A stretch of 46,602 nucleotides of DNA from an uncultured Brevundimonas sp. (GCA_964456995.1 CAYWDO010000005.1:2813-49414), one strand, 5' to 3'; shown: positions 9,114-18,182, numbered from the stretch's first letter. Notes: generated by a model from the sequence alone, not told the origin. Numbers and translations: made by a program.

Positions 9114-10781
9114 ATGTCCTGGCTTGTGAGCCGTTCAACGAGACGCTTCGGCTTTGCTTTGGCGGCTGCGGGCATACTGGCCGGATGCGGCGCCCCACAG
9201 TCGGCCTGGAATGCGGCGCGCGGACATCTGGGGGCCGACGCTACAGCATTGGACACGCCATTGCTGTCCCGGCAAGCGCACGCAGAAGGCGCCTTGCTGT
9301 TCGCCTTTGGTGATTATGGCGGTCTGGACACCGACGCGATGAAAACGGTCGCCGTGCCGTGGAAGCTGACCTCGGCGGCGCTGGTCATGGCGCAGGCGCC
9401 GGAAGACGTGTCCCAGGCTTCGCTTCGGCGGATTCTGGCGAGCTATGGTTTCCTGTATCCCGCTGAGATCGCCAACTGGCCGGAGGCGGCGGGGCCGCCA
9501 CCGACGCCCGAGGCCGTGCTGGGCGTCACTCTGGGCGTGGGGCGGCGCAGTCTGCCGCCCATCGAATTGCAGATTGGCAATATCGGCTGCGCGGCCTGCC
9601 ACGCCGCGCCGACCTATGAGGCGGACGGGCGTCCGGCGCCGGATCGGGTCTGGCTGGGCGCGCCCAATCCGTCGCTGAACCTGGAGGCCTATACCCAGGG
9701 TCTGTACGCAGCGCTGCAACTTGGCGTGGCCCAGCCTGAACGCCTGATGGCGACGGTAGGCCAGCTGTACCCGGATATGACCGAGCGCGAGCGCGCGACG
9801 CTTCAGTCCTTCGTCATGCCGCGCGTCCGTGAACGGATGAAGGCCATCGCTGCGACGGGGCAGGGGGTTCTGCCCTTCTCCAACGGCTTGCCGGGCGCGA
9901 CCAACGGGGTGGCGGCGTTGAAGCTGCAACACGGCTTGTTGGCGAACGATCCGGACGCCATGACGCGCGAGACGGGATTCACCTCCATCCCGCATCTGGC
10001 CGACCGCGCCTGGCGCAGCGCCCTGCTGTGGGACGGCGCCTATGCCACGCCGGGCCAGGAACGGTTCCGGCCTATGGAAGCCAGCGACCTGAACGAGGCG
10101 CATCGTGATCAGTTGGCCGCCATCACCGCCTATTTCACCGTCCCCAGCATGGGGGTGTCGGGCGCGACGGCGCGACAGCAGGTTCCCGATGTGAAGACGA
10201 CCTGGGCCTTTCTTGAGACGGTGCGGCCGCAGCCGTTCCCGGGGGCGATTGATGTAGAGCGCGCCGCCGCTGGGCGCGAGATCTTCCAGCGAGCCTGCGC
10301 CTCCTGTCACGGGACCTATGCCGAGACGGCCGAAGGGCCGCGGCTGACCCGTTTTCCCAACTGGGCAGGCGACGTGGGGACGGACCGGACGCGCGCAGAG
10401 GCGATCACCGAGGACCTGGCCGCGCGGGTCAACGCCTCGCCTTTGCGGGCCTCGATCTCGGCGGCGCACACCGGCGTCTATGCCGCACCGCCGCTGACGG
10501 GGCTGTGGCAGAGCGCGCCCTATCTGCACAATGGCTCGGTTCCCAGTCTGGCGGCCCTTCTGGGTCTGGTGGAACGGCCCGTGCGGTTCCGTGTCGGCGG
10601 CCACGCCATGGATATGCAGCGGGTCGGCATCGCCTATCCGGAGGGCTATCGCCCCTATGCGCAGCCGGCCTGGGTGGACACGCGCCAATCCGGGCTGAAC
10701 GGACAGGGGCATGAGGCGCCGTTCGCCGGGCTCAGCCGCGAAGACCGCCTGGCCCTGCTGGAATACCTGAAGCGGCTCTGA
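9114..10781 (+). CDS. Diheme cytochrome c lipoprotein, RoxA/MauG/bCcP superfamily
   Basis: Real start is probably ATG 9114, because the track start 8604 overlaps the SDR. Lipobox ILAGC; heme motifs CAACH (9588-9602) and CASCH (10296-10310); YAAPPLTGLWQSAPYLHNGSVPSL; C-terminal DTRQSGLNGQGHE...ALLEYLKRL as in RoxA-type proteins. Confidence 0.8.
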   Translation: MSWLVSRSTRRFGFALAAAGILAGCGAPQSAWNAARGHLGADATALDTPLLSRQAHAEGALLFAFGDYGGLDTDAMKTVAVPWKLTSAALVMAQAPEDVSQASLRRILASYGFLYPAEIANWPEAAGPPPTPEAVLGVTLGVGRRSLPPIELQIGNIGCAACHAAPTYEADGRPAPDRVWLGAPNPSLNLEAYTQGLYAALQLGVAQPERLMATVGQLYPDMTERERATLQSFVMPRVRERMKAIAATGQGVLPFSNGLPGATNGVAALKLQHGLLANDPDAMTRETGFTSIPHLADRAWRSALLWDGAYATPGQERFRPMEASDLNEAHRDQLAAITAYFTVPSMGVSGATARQQVPDVKTTWAFLETVRPQPFPGAIDVERAAAGREIFQRACASCHGTYAETAEGPRLTRFPNWAGDVGTDRTRAEAITEDLAARVNASPLRASISAAHTGVYAAPPLTGLWQSAPYLHNGSVPSLAALLGLVERPVRFRVGGHAMDMQRVGIAYPEGYRPYAQPAWVDTRQSGLNGQGHEAPFAGLSREDRLALLEYLKRL

Positions 10782-11747
10782 TCAGACGATCAGGTCTGCG
10801 ACCGAGCGGCGGGCGGGCGGCGGCAGGGCGTTGTCGGCGACCCGGCCGATGCGGAAGGCGGTGATCAGGCGCGCGCCGGGCGGCTGTCCGAAGCGCGTCG
10901 CCAAGGCAGAGGCGGCCGCGGGGTCATCGGCCAGCACCGTCATCGGGGCGGCGGTCAGGCCCTGGCGCGTGATTTCCAGCCAGACCCGGTGCCAACGGCG
11001 CCCGGTTTCGAATGGCGTTTCTGCGACAGGGCGGTGGAACAGGGCGACGGCCGCGCTGGAGTTCACCACGTCGGCTTCTCCAGTCAGGGCGCCGGCCAGG
11101 CCCAGCCGATCAAAAAGCTCGAACACGCCCGGCTTCAGCACCAGCCCCGCACCGAGGGCTTCGACGCCTGACATCTCCATGGCGCGGGCGTTCAGGCCAT
11201 CCACGCTCCAGCAGGGATGGCGTGGCGACAGCCGCATCCAGGCCAGCAGTTCAGCGCGGAACCGGCTGTCGCGAAATCCCTTCAGACTGGCCAGGTCGTT
11301 GAGGCGGGCGACATGGTCGATGTCGTCGCGGTCGCCCAGCACGGTCAGATCCGGAGCGGCGAGGGTCAGGGCGTCCAGGGCCGCGATGGCGCGGTCTGGC
11401 GTGAACTTTCCGCGATAGGTGCGGCGTCGGGTCACAAAGGGTGCGAGCGGGTCTGGCGTCGCTTCACCGGTCATGATCAGGCGGACGATCTCGCCCCCTT
11501 CGGGCGCGGCCAAACCGATCTCAAGTCCGCGCAGGCTGGCGGCTAGGACGAAGCCTTCGACCGCCGCGCCGTGGCTGGCGGCGACGTCGCGGCCGGTGGG
11601 GTCGCCTACCGGCAGGGTGCGACCGGGCGCCTGCATGACCGCGACCGTGTCGTCGTCGATCCGGCGCCAGACGGTGGGCTGGATATTGTGGACGTTGGGC
11701 GACAGGGCGGCGTCGGCGACGATGGCGGCGAAGGTCTCGGGGGTCAT
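10782..11747 (-). CDS. Acg-like/nitroreductase-fold FMN-binding oxidoreductase
   Basis: LSPNVHNIQP (APSxHNxQPW-like), DPTGRD..ASHGAAVE, RRTYR, ETGRRWHRVWLEITRQGL, FRIG. Confidence 0.75.
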   Translation of the reverse strand: MTPETFAAIVADAALSPNVHNIQPTVWRRIDDDTVAVMQAPGRTLPVGDPTGRDVAASHGAAVEGFVLAASLRGLEIGLAAPEGGEIVRLIMTGEATPDPLAPFVTRRRTYRGKFTPDRAIAALDALTLAAPDLTVLGDRDDIDHVARLNDLASLKGFRDSRFRAELLAWMRLSPRHPCWSVDGLNARAMEMSGVEALGAGLVLKPGVFELFDRLGLAGALTGEADVVNSSAAVALFHRPVAETPFETGRRWHRVWLEITRQGLTAAPMTVLADDPAAASALATRFGQPPGARLITAFRIGRVADNALPPPARRSVADLIV

Positions 11748-12868
11748 GCTGCGGCGTTATCCAGAACCTTGCGGAACAGGTGGGTGCGGTGCAGCCGGTC
11801 GCCGCCGATCCGTTCGAGCTGGCGCAGGCTGGCGCCATTGGCGTCGGCGATCCATGTGCAGCCGCACTCGCGATAGCCGCGCTGCTGCAAGGCGCCGATG
11901 ACCCGCCACAGCATGGCGGGATTGACGCCCTGGCCTTGCGCCTCGGGCATCACCGAATAGAGGATCAGCACCGCGCGTCGTGGTCGGACCTGCATCTTCA
12001 GCCAGGCCCAGAGGGCGCGAGGCCCGTAGGTGGCGCCGGAATCGCGCACGAAGGGGTTGAGGTCGGGAATGCAGATGACGACCCCCATAGGCTGGCCCTT
12101 GCAGTGGATGACCGACGACAGGGCCGGGTCGAGAATCCACATCATCTCCCCAGCCTGGAACTCGAACTCCTCGGCGGTCAGGGGGACAAACATGGGGTTG
12201 GCGTCAAAGCCGCCGTTGAGACACTGGCGCGCTTCTTCCATTCGCGGCTTGAACCGGCGTCGGTCGATCGGGGCGAAGGTCCAGTCGTCGGAGGCCAGAA
12301 TGGCTCGGGCTCCGGGCGTCAGCAGACGGTCTCGATCCACCTCGCCAGGACGAAAACGAAAGGTCGACATGGGAAACTCGGCCGCATAGCCCATGGCTTC
12401 CAGGCGAGCGGCCAGATAGGGCGGGGACCAGACCATGTCGGTGAAGGGGGCGTGCTCGAACCCCTCGGTCACAAGACCGATCTGCTGCATGGCGGTCAGG
12501 TTGAAAGGGCCGGCGATCTCCGTGTCGCCATGTCGACGCGCGAAGGCCTCGATCCCGTCGAACAGCAGGCGCAGCGCCTCGGGATCGTCGGCGGCGTCGA
12601 GATAGCCGAAATAGCTGCGCGATAAGCCGTGGCGCTCGTTCGACGCCGGGTGGCGGTGGGCGGTGGCCCGCGCCACCGGGTGACCGTCGCGGAGTACGAC
12701 CAAGGCCTCGAGGTCGCCGCCGGCCTTCAGCAGCGGGTTCTTTTGCGGATCAAGGTAGCGTTGCAGGTCCGAACGCATCGGCGAGACGTAGGGCGTGTCC
12801 TTGGGATAGACGACGAAGGGCGTGCGGAAGAAGGCGTCGAAATCGCCCCGGACCAGGGTCAGGCTCAT
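11744..12868 (-). CDS. GNAT N-acyltransferase, YghO/bacterial ceramide synthase-like
   Basis: Motifs YVSP, KNP, YFG..DAADDP, GPFNL..QQIGLVTEGF, NPMFVPLTAEEF, IPDLNP, and acyl-CoA motif VMPEAQGQGV. Confidence 0.7.
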   Translation of the reverse strand: MSLTLVRGDFDAFFRTPFVVYPKDTPYVSPMRSDLQRYLDPQKNPLLKAGGDLEALVVLRDGHPVARATAHRHPASNERHGLSRSYFGYLDAADDPEALRLLFDGIEAFARRHGDTEIAGPFNLTAMQQIGLVTEGFEHAPFTDMVWSPPYLAARLEAMGYAAEFPMSTFRFRPGEVDRDRLLTPGARAILASDDWTFAPIDRRRFKPRMEEARQCLNGGFDANPMFVPLTAEEFEFQAGEMMWILDPALSSVIHCKGQPMGVVICIPDLNPFVRDSGATYGPRALWAWLKMQVRPRRAVLILYSVMPEAQGQGVNPAMLWRVIGALQQRGYRECGCTWIADANGASLRQLERIGGDRLHRTHLFRKVLDNAAA

Positions 12869-14067
12869 GCAGGGTCTCCGGCGCGGCGGGCTGCGACCAG
12901 GGCCGCCATCCTCTGGAACAGAGCCATGGCCCGCTCGTCTTCCTCGGCGCGTGTGGAGCCGCCCAGGGCGATCAGGGCGATCCGCAAGGGGGCGGCGCTG
13001 ATCAGGATGGCGTGGGTCGAGGCGTGTCGGCGCAGCAGGTCGCGAAGTTGCTCGCGGGCGTCGCGTTCGGCCTCGGACGGGGCGTGGTCCAGACGGGTCA
13101 GGTCCATCACGACGTCATCCCCGAAGGCGGCGCGCAGCAGGGCGGGATCATAGGCGGACAGGTCCGCCCCTTCGGCCAGAACCAGACCTTGCAAGGGCGC
13201 GGCGCGCGACGCGGTGTCGATGAACCGGCCAAGGTCGGTGGTGTCCGCCGTCGCCAGGGCCTGCTCGAAAAGGCGGCGTTGCTGATCGCCGCCGCCCGAC
13301 TGAAGGCGTAGCAGAACCGACAGGGCCAGCAGGGCCGAGACCGTGATCGCCAGCACGCCTTCGGCTTCCAGCAGGGAGCCGGGCGGGTGAAGGCGCAGCA
13401 GGGCGCCCGCGAGCAGAACAGAGGTGGTCGCGGCCAGCGCCAGTTCCTTCAGGGCGTCAATCCAGCGGCGCGGGGCGCTGGCCCCGGCCGCCGCCGCATA
13501 GGCCAGGCCCAGCATGCCCAGGGCGCTAAGCCCGAACGGCGAGGCGAGGCCGAAATCGGTCAGCGCCAGAAGGCCCGTCGCCAGAAGGGCGCGGCCGTAG
13601 GAATCGAGCGCCGCATTCTCCATCGGTGCCAGGCTCGAGCGGTCGCGAAACAGGATCAGCCCCAGAACCAGGGCCAGGGCCAGGGGCACATAGAGGGCCA
13701 GGCTGAAGGCCCGCTCCAGCCCCGATCCGGCCAGAACCGCGGCGATCAGGCCGAGCACCGTTCCGCCCGCGATGATCAGCTTGATCGGCAGGGGCGCATG
13801 CCGTCGCAGCAGGTTCTCGGCCAGCAGCAAGGCGCCCAGCGGCAGGGCGCAGGCCAGGATCAGGCTGACCAGACCAAAGCTCTCTAACCCTGTCGCCCGG
13901 GCCAGCGCCCGGCAGGCGTAGAACAGGCCCGCCAGGCCGAAGACCAGCATCAGCACGTTCTGGACCGTGGTGCGGCCCTTGCGGCTGACCAGGACCAGAG
14001 CGACGGCCAGCGCCCCCAGGGCGCCGAAGCCGTCGACCAGCATCTGAATGTCGGCGGCGGTGGTCAT
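12865..14067 (-). CDS. Polytopic membrane protein with soluble C-terminal domain, function unknown
   Basis: About 9 hydrophobic segments in the first ~255 aa, then ~140 hydrophilic aa. ATGA overlaps on both sides. Confidence 0.75.
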   Translation of the reverse strand: MTTAADIQMLVDGFGALGALAVALVLVSRKGRTTVQNVLMLVFGLAGLFYACRALARATGLESFGLVSLILACALPLGALLLAENLLRRHAPLPIKLIIAGGTVLGLIAAVLAGSGLERAFSLALYVPLALALVLGLILFRDRSSLAPMENAALDSYGRALLATGLLALTDFGLASPFGLSALGMLGLAYAAAAGASAPRRWIDALKELALAATTSVLLAGALLRLHPPGSLLEAEGVLAITVSALLALSVLLRLQSGGGDQQRRLFEQALATADTTDLGRFIDTASRAAPLQGLVLAEGADLSAYDPALLRAAFGDDVVMDLTRLDHAPSEAERDAREQLRDLLRRHASTHAILISAAPLRIALIALGGSTRAEEDERAMALFQRMAALVAARRAGDPA

Positions 14068-14936
14068 GCCAACAGACGCTGCATCATCCGGCGCACCAGC
14101 CAGCCCCTGGCCCAGGCGACCGGGCCGGGAAGAGGCCGTTCGACCCGGGCTTCACGCACATTCAGGAACCAGCCGCGACAGTCTGTGCGCGTGCGCCGTC
14201 CCATGATCAGGGACAGGGCCTCTCCCGCCATAAGGGCGCCGGCGGTGACCACCATGGGGGCGAAGCTCATCCGCTTGCGCTTGCCCGCCGCCATGTCGGC
14301 GGCGGCTTGCAGGTCGACATGGGCGTGGGACGAGGAATGGGTCAGCACCCACTCGATCTCCTTCAGGAAGGCGTCGCTGGCCTGGTCCGACGTGATCTCA
14401 CGCCACGGCGTCCCGCGCGTCGGGTAGGTCAGCCGGTCTTCCGGGCGCGGATCCTCGGGCCGCACCAGGATGACCGAGGGCAGGGGCGAGGCGTAGGCGT
14501 CGATGACGCTGGCCCCGCATCGCCGGGCGACGCGATACAGTTCGACCGTCGCCGCCACGTCGTCACAGCCGTTGACGATGACGGGATAGTCGCGCGCCAG
14601 CGTCTCCAACTGATCCGTCCATTCGGCCCCCAGCACCGTCAGTTTCAGGTTCGGGTTGATCTTCAGCAGGCCCTCGGCCGTGACCTCGGCCTTGGGCCGG
14701 TCCACCGTGTCGGTGAAGGCGAAGACTTGGCGATTCAGGTTGGAGACCTCGAACGTGTCCAGATCGGCGATGGCGATGCGGCCGACCCCGGCGCGGACCA
14801 GCATCTGCACGCAGGCCCCCCCCATGCCGCCGACGCCGGCGACGAAGACGGCGCCTTCCTTAAGGCGCGCCTGTTCCTGTTCGCTGACGAAGCCCAGGTT
14901 GCGGGTAGTCATCTCCGCATAGAAGTCGTCGGTCAT
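14064..14936 (-). CDS. ThiF/HesA/MoeB (E1-like) adenylyltransferase
   Basis: VAGVGGMGG, ADLDTFEVSNLNRQ, KAEV...INP, VNGCDD. No CxxC zinc motifs. Confidence 0.85.
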   Translation of the reverse strand: MTDDFYAEMTTRNLGFVSEQEQARLKEGAVFVAGVGGMGGACVQMLVRAGVGRIAIADLDTFEVSNLNRQVFAFTDTVDRPKAEVTAEGLLKINPNLKLTVLGAEWTDQLETLARDYPVIVNGCDDVAATVELYRVARRCGASVIDAYASPLPSVILVRPEDPRPEDRLTYPTRGTPWREITSDQASDAFLKEIEWVLTHSSSHAHVDLQAAADMAAGKRKRMSFAPMVVTAGALMAGEALSLIMGRRTRTDCRGWFLNVREARVERPLPGPVAWARGWLVRRMMQRLLA

Positions 14937-15859
14937 CGGGCCTCTTTCCAGGGTCTGAGGACGCCCCAGGGGCGGCTGGCCGAAAGCCAGTAGATCAGCG
15001 GCAGGACCGCCATGCGCGCCGCCATGATGACGACCAGACCGCCCAGCCCCATGGCGGTCGTCGGCGGCGCGACCTTGCGCAGATAGCGCCCGGCGGCGGC
15101 CATATCGATGCGGCCGATCTGGATCAGGTCGTCGCCCCGCTCATAGTCGAGCTGGTCGCGGCAGAAGGCGTTGTAGGCCTCTGTTCGATGCGCCGCAGCC
15201 TGCTCGAACGTCTTCTTCAGCGCGTCGGAGCCGCCGGTATAGGCGTCGGTGATGACGAAGCGCGCCTCGTCGAATCCCGCCTCTGGGCCGACGCCGAACG
15301 CCGCCCTGTGCCGGGCCATGATCTGACGCGCCAGGGTCAGGTGATCGAAGCTGCGCCTTGCGCCAGGACGTGGGGAAGGAAAGACGTCGGAAAAGGTCTC
15401 GGCCACCATGCCGACGACGGCGGGCACCTGGCTGACGTTGGAGATCCACAGCGGTCGGCCTTGCCCCGCCAGGAACATCAAGACGCAGGTCAGGCCATAG
15501 AGGGTCGCCGACATGCCGCGCCCCCGGAAGGACGGATCGACCATGACCAGGCCCAGATGCATGACCTGGGTCGGGCGGCCTTCCAGTTCGGTCTCCAGCA
15601 GCGACAGGACGTTGAAGGCGACCGGCCGGGCGGCCGCGCCCTTGCCCTGATAGACCACGGTCACGACGCAGTCGCGCAGCCGCTCGGCGTCGCCGCCCAG
15701 AACGCCATAGGCCAGGGCGGCCTGATCCAGGGTCAGCGCCGCGACCGTCCGCAGGTCGGCGATCAGCGCCTGCGCCTCAGGGCCGGACAAGGTCAGGCCG
15801 GGGCGCTCGACGATGCGCGTCGTCAGATCCCGCCCTGAGCGCCAATGCAGATTGATCAT
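14933..15859 (-). CDS. GNAT-fold protein (putative N-acyltransferase)
   Basis: GNAT motif A HLGLVMVDPSFRGRGMSATL. First gene of the operon; hydrophobic C-terminus. Confidence 0.65.
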   Translation of the reverse strand: MINLHWRSGRDLTTRIVERPGLTLSGPEAQALIADLRTVAALTLDQAALAYGVLGGDAERLRDCVVTVVYQGKGAAARPVAFNVLSLLETELEGRPTQVMHLGLVMVDPSFRGRGMSATLYGLTCVLMFLAGQGRPLWISNVSQVPAVVGMVAETFSDVFPSPRPGARRSFDHLTLARQIMARHRAAFGVGPEAGFDEARFVITDAYTGGSDALKKTFEQAAAHRTEAYNAFCRDQLDYERGDDLIQIGRIDMAAAGRYLRKVAPPTTAMGLGGLVVIMAARMAVLPLIYWLSASRPWGVLRPWKEAR

Positions 15860-16127
15860 GCGACCGTCATTTGATGGACGCTCCGCCTGCGTCCTCCAGC
15901 TTCACTGGAAGGTCTGCCCCGAGCCTCGTCAAGGCGATGGAGCATATCGACAACTGAACGTCGATCCATAAATCGGAAAGCTGGACCCGCCCCTTGGCTC
16001 GCGGGCTATTTTTGCCGTGTCGCGATGCGAACGCCTCTGTAAGGACCTACCTTCCTGAAAACCGGTTAGCGCGCCGGCGCTCGTCCTTCCCTTGCCTGCC
16101 TGAACAGATTGCACGGACCTTGTTCAT

Positions 16128-18182
16128 ATGACCAACCCCCTGCTTGATACGACGGCCCTGCCGCATTTTGACGTGATCACGCCTGATCACATCGTTCCCG
16201 CGATCGATCAGGCGATTGCCAGTCATGCAGCGGTGGTCGCCAGGATCACGCGTACCCGTCCGACGGATTTCGCTAACGCGTGGGCGCCGCTGGAACAGGC
16301 GGACGCCGTGCTCGACTCTCTCTGGTCTACGGTGTCCCATCTGAAAGGCGTCGCCGACACCGTGGCGCTGCGAACCGCCCATGCCATAGGCGAAGAGAAG
16401 CTGGTTCAGAACGAGATGAAGGTGCGGCAAGACCGCGCCTTGTATGAGGTCCTGCTGGCGATGTCGGAGACGCCGGACTTCGCCGCCCTGCCCGATGCCG
16501 ATCAAGTCGCCGTCCGACAGGCATTGCGTGACTTCACCCTGGCCGGTGTCGCATTGGATTCGGCGGCGGGTGGGCGGTTCGCCGCCATCTCGGTCGAACT
16601 GTCCGCGCTCTCGACCGCGTTCGGCGCGGCCGTACTGGACGCTACCGAGGCGTGGAGCGAACTGGTGATCGACGAGCAACGGCTCTGTGGCGTTTCCGCC
16701 ACCGACAAGGCCATGTTCAGATCTGCAGCGCAGGCCCGTGATCTCAACGGCTGGCTCGTGACATTGCAGCAGCCCAGCGTAGCGGCGATTTTGGCGTTTG
16801 CAGAGGATCGCGACCTCCGGGCCCGGGTCTATCGCGCTGTCGGAACCCGCGCTTCTGATCAGGGGCTAGAGGCCGGGCGGTTCGACAATTCACAGAGGAT
16901 CGCACGCATTCTGTCGTTGCGTCATGAGGCGGCGCAACTGCTGGGGTTCAGCGATCCGGTCGCCCATTCTCTGGCGACCAAGATGGCGTCCGGCGGCGGG
17001 GAAGTGCTCGCGTTCCTGCGCGACCTGGCGGCGCGGGCTAGACCCGCCGCCGAACAGGACCTGGCCGATCTCGAAGCCTTCGCCGCGCAGACGCTCGGGA
17101 TAGACAAGCTGCAGCCCTGGGATATCGCCTTCGCCTCCGAACGCCTGCGTCAGAGCCGGTTCTCGGTCGATGAAAACGAGGTGCGGGCCTATTTCCCCAT
17201 CGATCGGGTCATGAGCGGCTGGCGCGACCTGCTGGGCGCACTGTTCGGCGTCCGGCTGAAGGCGCGCGATGATGTCGCCTTGTATCATCCGGACGCCGGC
17301 TATTTTGACCTGATAGATGAAAACGGCGCGGTGTTTGCCGGCCTTTATCTTGATCTGCACGTTCGCGACGGCAAACGCGGCGGCGCCTGGATGGCCCCTG
17401 CGCGACCGCGCCGGCGCGACGGCGAAACCGTGAACCTGCCGGTGGCCTATATGGTCTGCAACTTCGCGCCCAAGAGCGCTGACGCTCCTGCATTGCTCAG
17501 CCATTCCGACGTTTTGACCCTGCTGCACGAGACCGGGCACTGTCTGCATCATCTGTTCACGCGCGTGGACCGGCCTTCTATCGGCGGGATCACCGGATTC
17601 GAGTGGGATGCGGTCGAACTGCCCAGCCAGTTGATGGAGGACTTCGCCTGGGACCGCGACGTCCTGACCCGTATGTCGGGCCATCATGAAACGGGCGAAC
17701 CCTTGCCTGCAGACCTGTTCGACAGGATGCTGAAGGCGCGCCATTTCCAGTCGGGTCTGTTCATCCTGCGTCAGATCGAGTTCGCCCTGTTCGACCTGTT
17801 GTTGCACCTTGACCCTACCGGACAGGAGCCGATGGCGGTGTTGAACGCCGTCAGAGACGAAATGGCGGTGGTTCGCCCGCCCGAATGGCACCGTTTCCCG
17901 CATAGCTTCAGCCACATCTTCGCAGGCGGCTATGCGGCCGGATATTATAGCTATCTATGGGCCGAGGTTCTGGCCGCCGATGGGTTTGCGCGCTTCGCCG
18001 AGGCTGGATTGGTCGACAGATCGACCGGCGACCTCTTGCGTGAAGAGGTCCTGTCGCGCGGGGCGACACGGCCTGCCGCCGATAGCTTCCGCGCGTTTCG
18101 CGGGCGCGATCCCGATCCGCAGGCCATGCTCGCCCGACGCGGTCTGGCTGCCGTTGCGGGGCGGGTGCAAGGCCTGGCTTAA
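16128..18182 (+). CDS. M3 family oligopeptidase A (PrlC-like)
   Basis: MTNPLL start, KRGGAWM, PVAYMVCNF, zinc motif HETGH, WDAVELPSQLME, FSHIFAGGYAAGYYSYLWAEVL. Confidence 0.9.
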   Translation: MTNPLLDTTALPHFDVITPDHIVPAIDQAIASHAAVVARITRTRPTDFANAWAPLEQADAVLDSLWSTVSHLKGVADTVALRTAHAIGEEKLVQNEMKVRQDRALYEVLLAMSETPDFAALPDADQVAVRQALRDFTLAGVALDSAAGGRFAAISVELSALSTAFGAAVLDATEAWSELVIDEQRLCGVSATDKAMFRSAAQARDLNGWLVTLQQPSVAAILAFAEDRDLRARVYRAVGTRASDQGLEAGRFDNSQRIARILSLRHEAAQLLGFSDPVAHSLATKMASGGGEVLAFLRDLAARARPAAEQDLADLEAFAAQTLGIDKLQPWDIAFASERLRQSRFSVDENEVRAYFPIDRVMSGWRDLLGALFGVRLKARDDVALYHPDAGYFDLIDENGAVFAGLYLDLHVRDGKRGGAWMAPARPRRRDGETVNLPVAYMVCNFAPKSADAPALLSHSDVLTLLHETGHCLHHLFTRVDRPSIGGITGFEWDAVELPSQLMEDFAWDRDVLTRMSGHHETGEPLPADLFDRMLKARHFQSGLFILRQIEFALFDLLLHLDPTGQEPMAVLNAVRDEMAVVRPPEWHRFPHSFSHIFAGGYAAGYYSYLWAEVLAADGFARFAEAGLVDRSTGDLLREEVLSRGATRPAADSFRAFRGRDPDPQAMLARRGLAAVAGRVQGLA

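Noticed and set aside
14064-14936. Ubiquitin-like anti-phage system (CBASS Cap2/Bil-type E1)
   Set aside because: No E2, JAB, Ubl or nucleotidyltransferase gene in the neighbourhood.
10782-15859. RiPP (azole/microcin C-like) interpretation of ThiF + nitroreductase
   Set aside because: No YcaO gene, no evident RRE extension on the ThiF protein, and no convincing precursor peptide ORF. Two acyltransferases fit small-molecule chemistry better.
15985-16015. Intrinsic terminator/sRNA end (CCCGC...GCGGG-CTATTTTT) in the 15860-16127 gap
   Set aside because: Only a 5-bp stem with a 10-nt loop and no supporting promoter; too weak to call.
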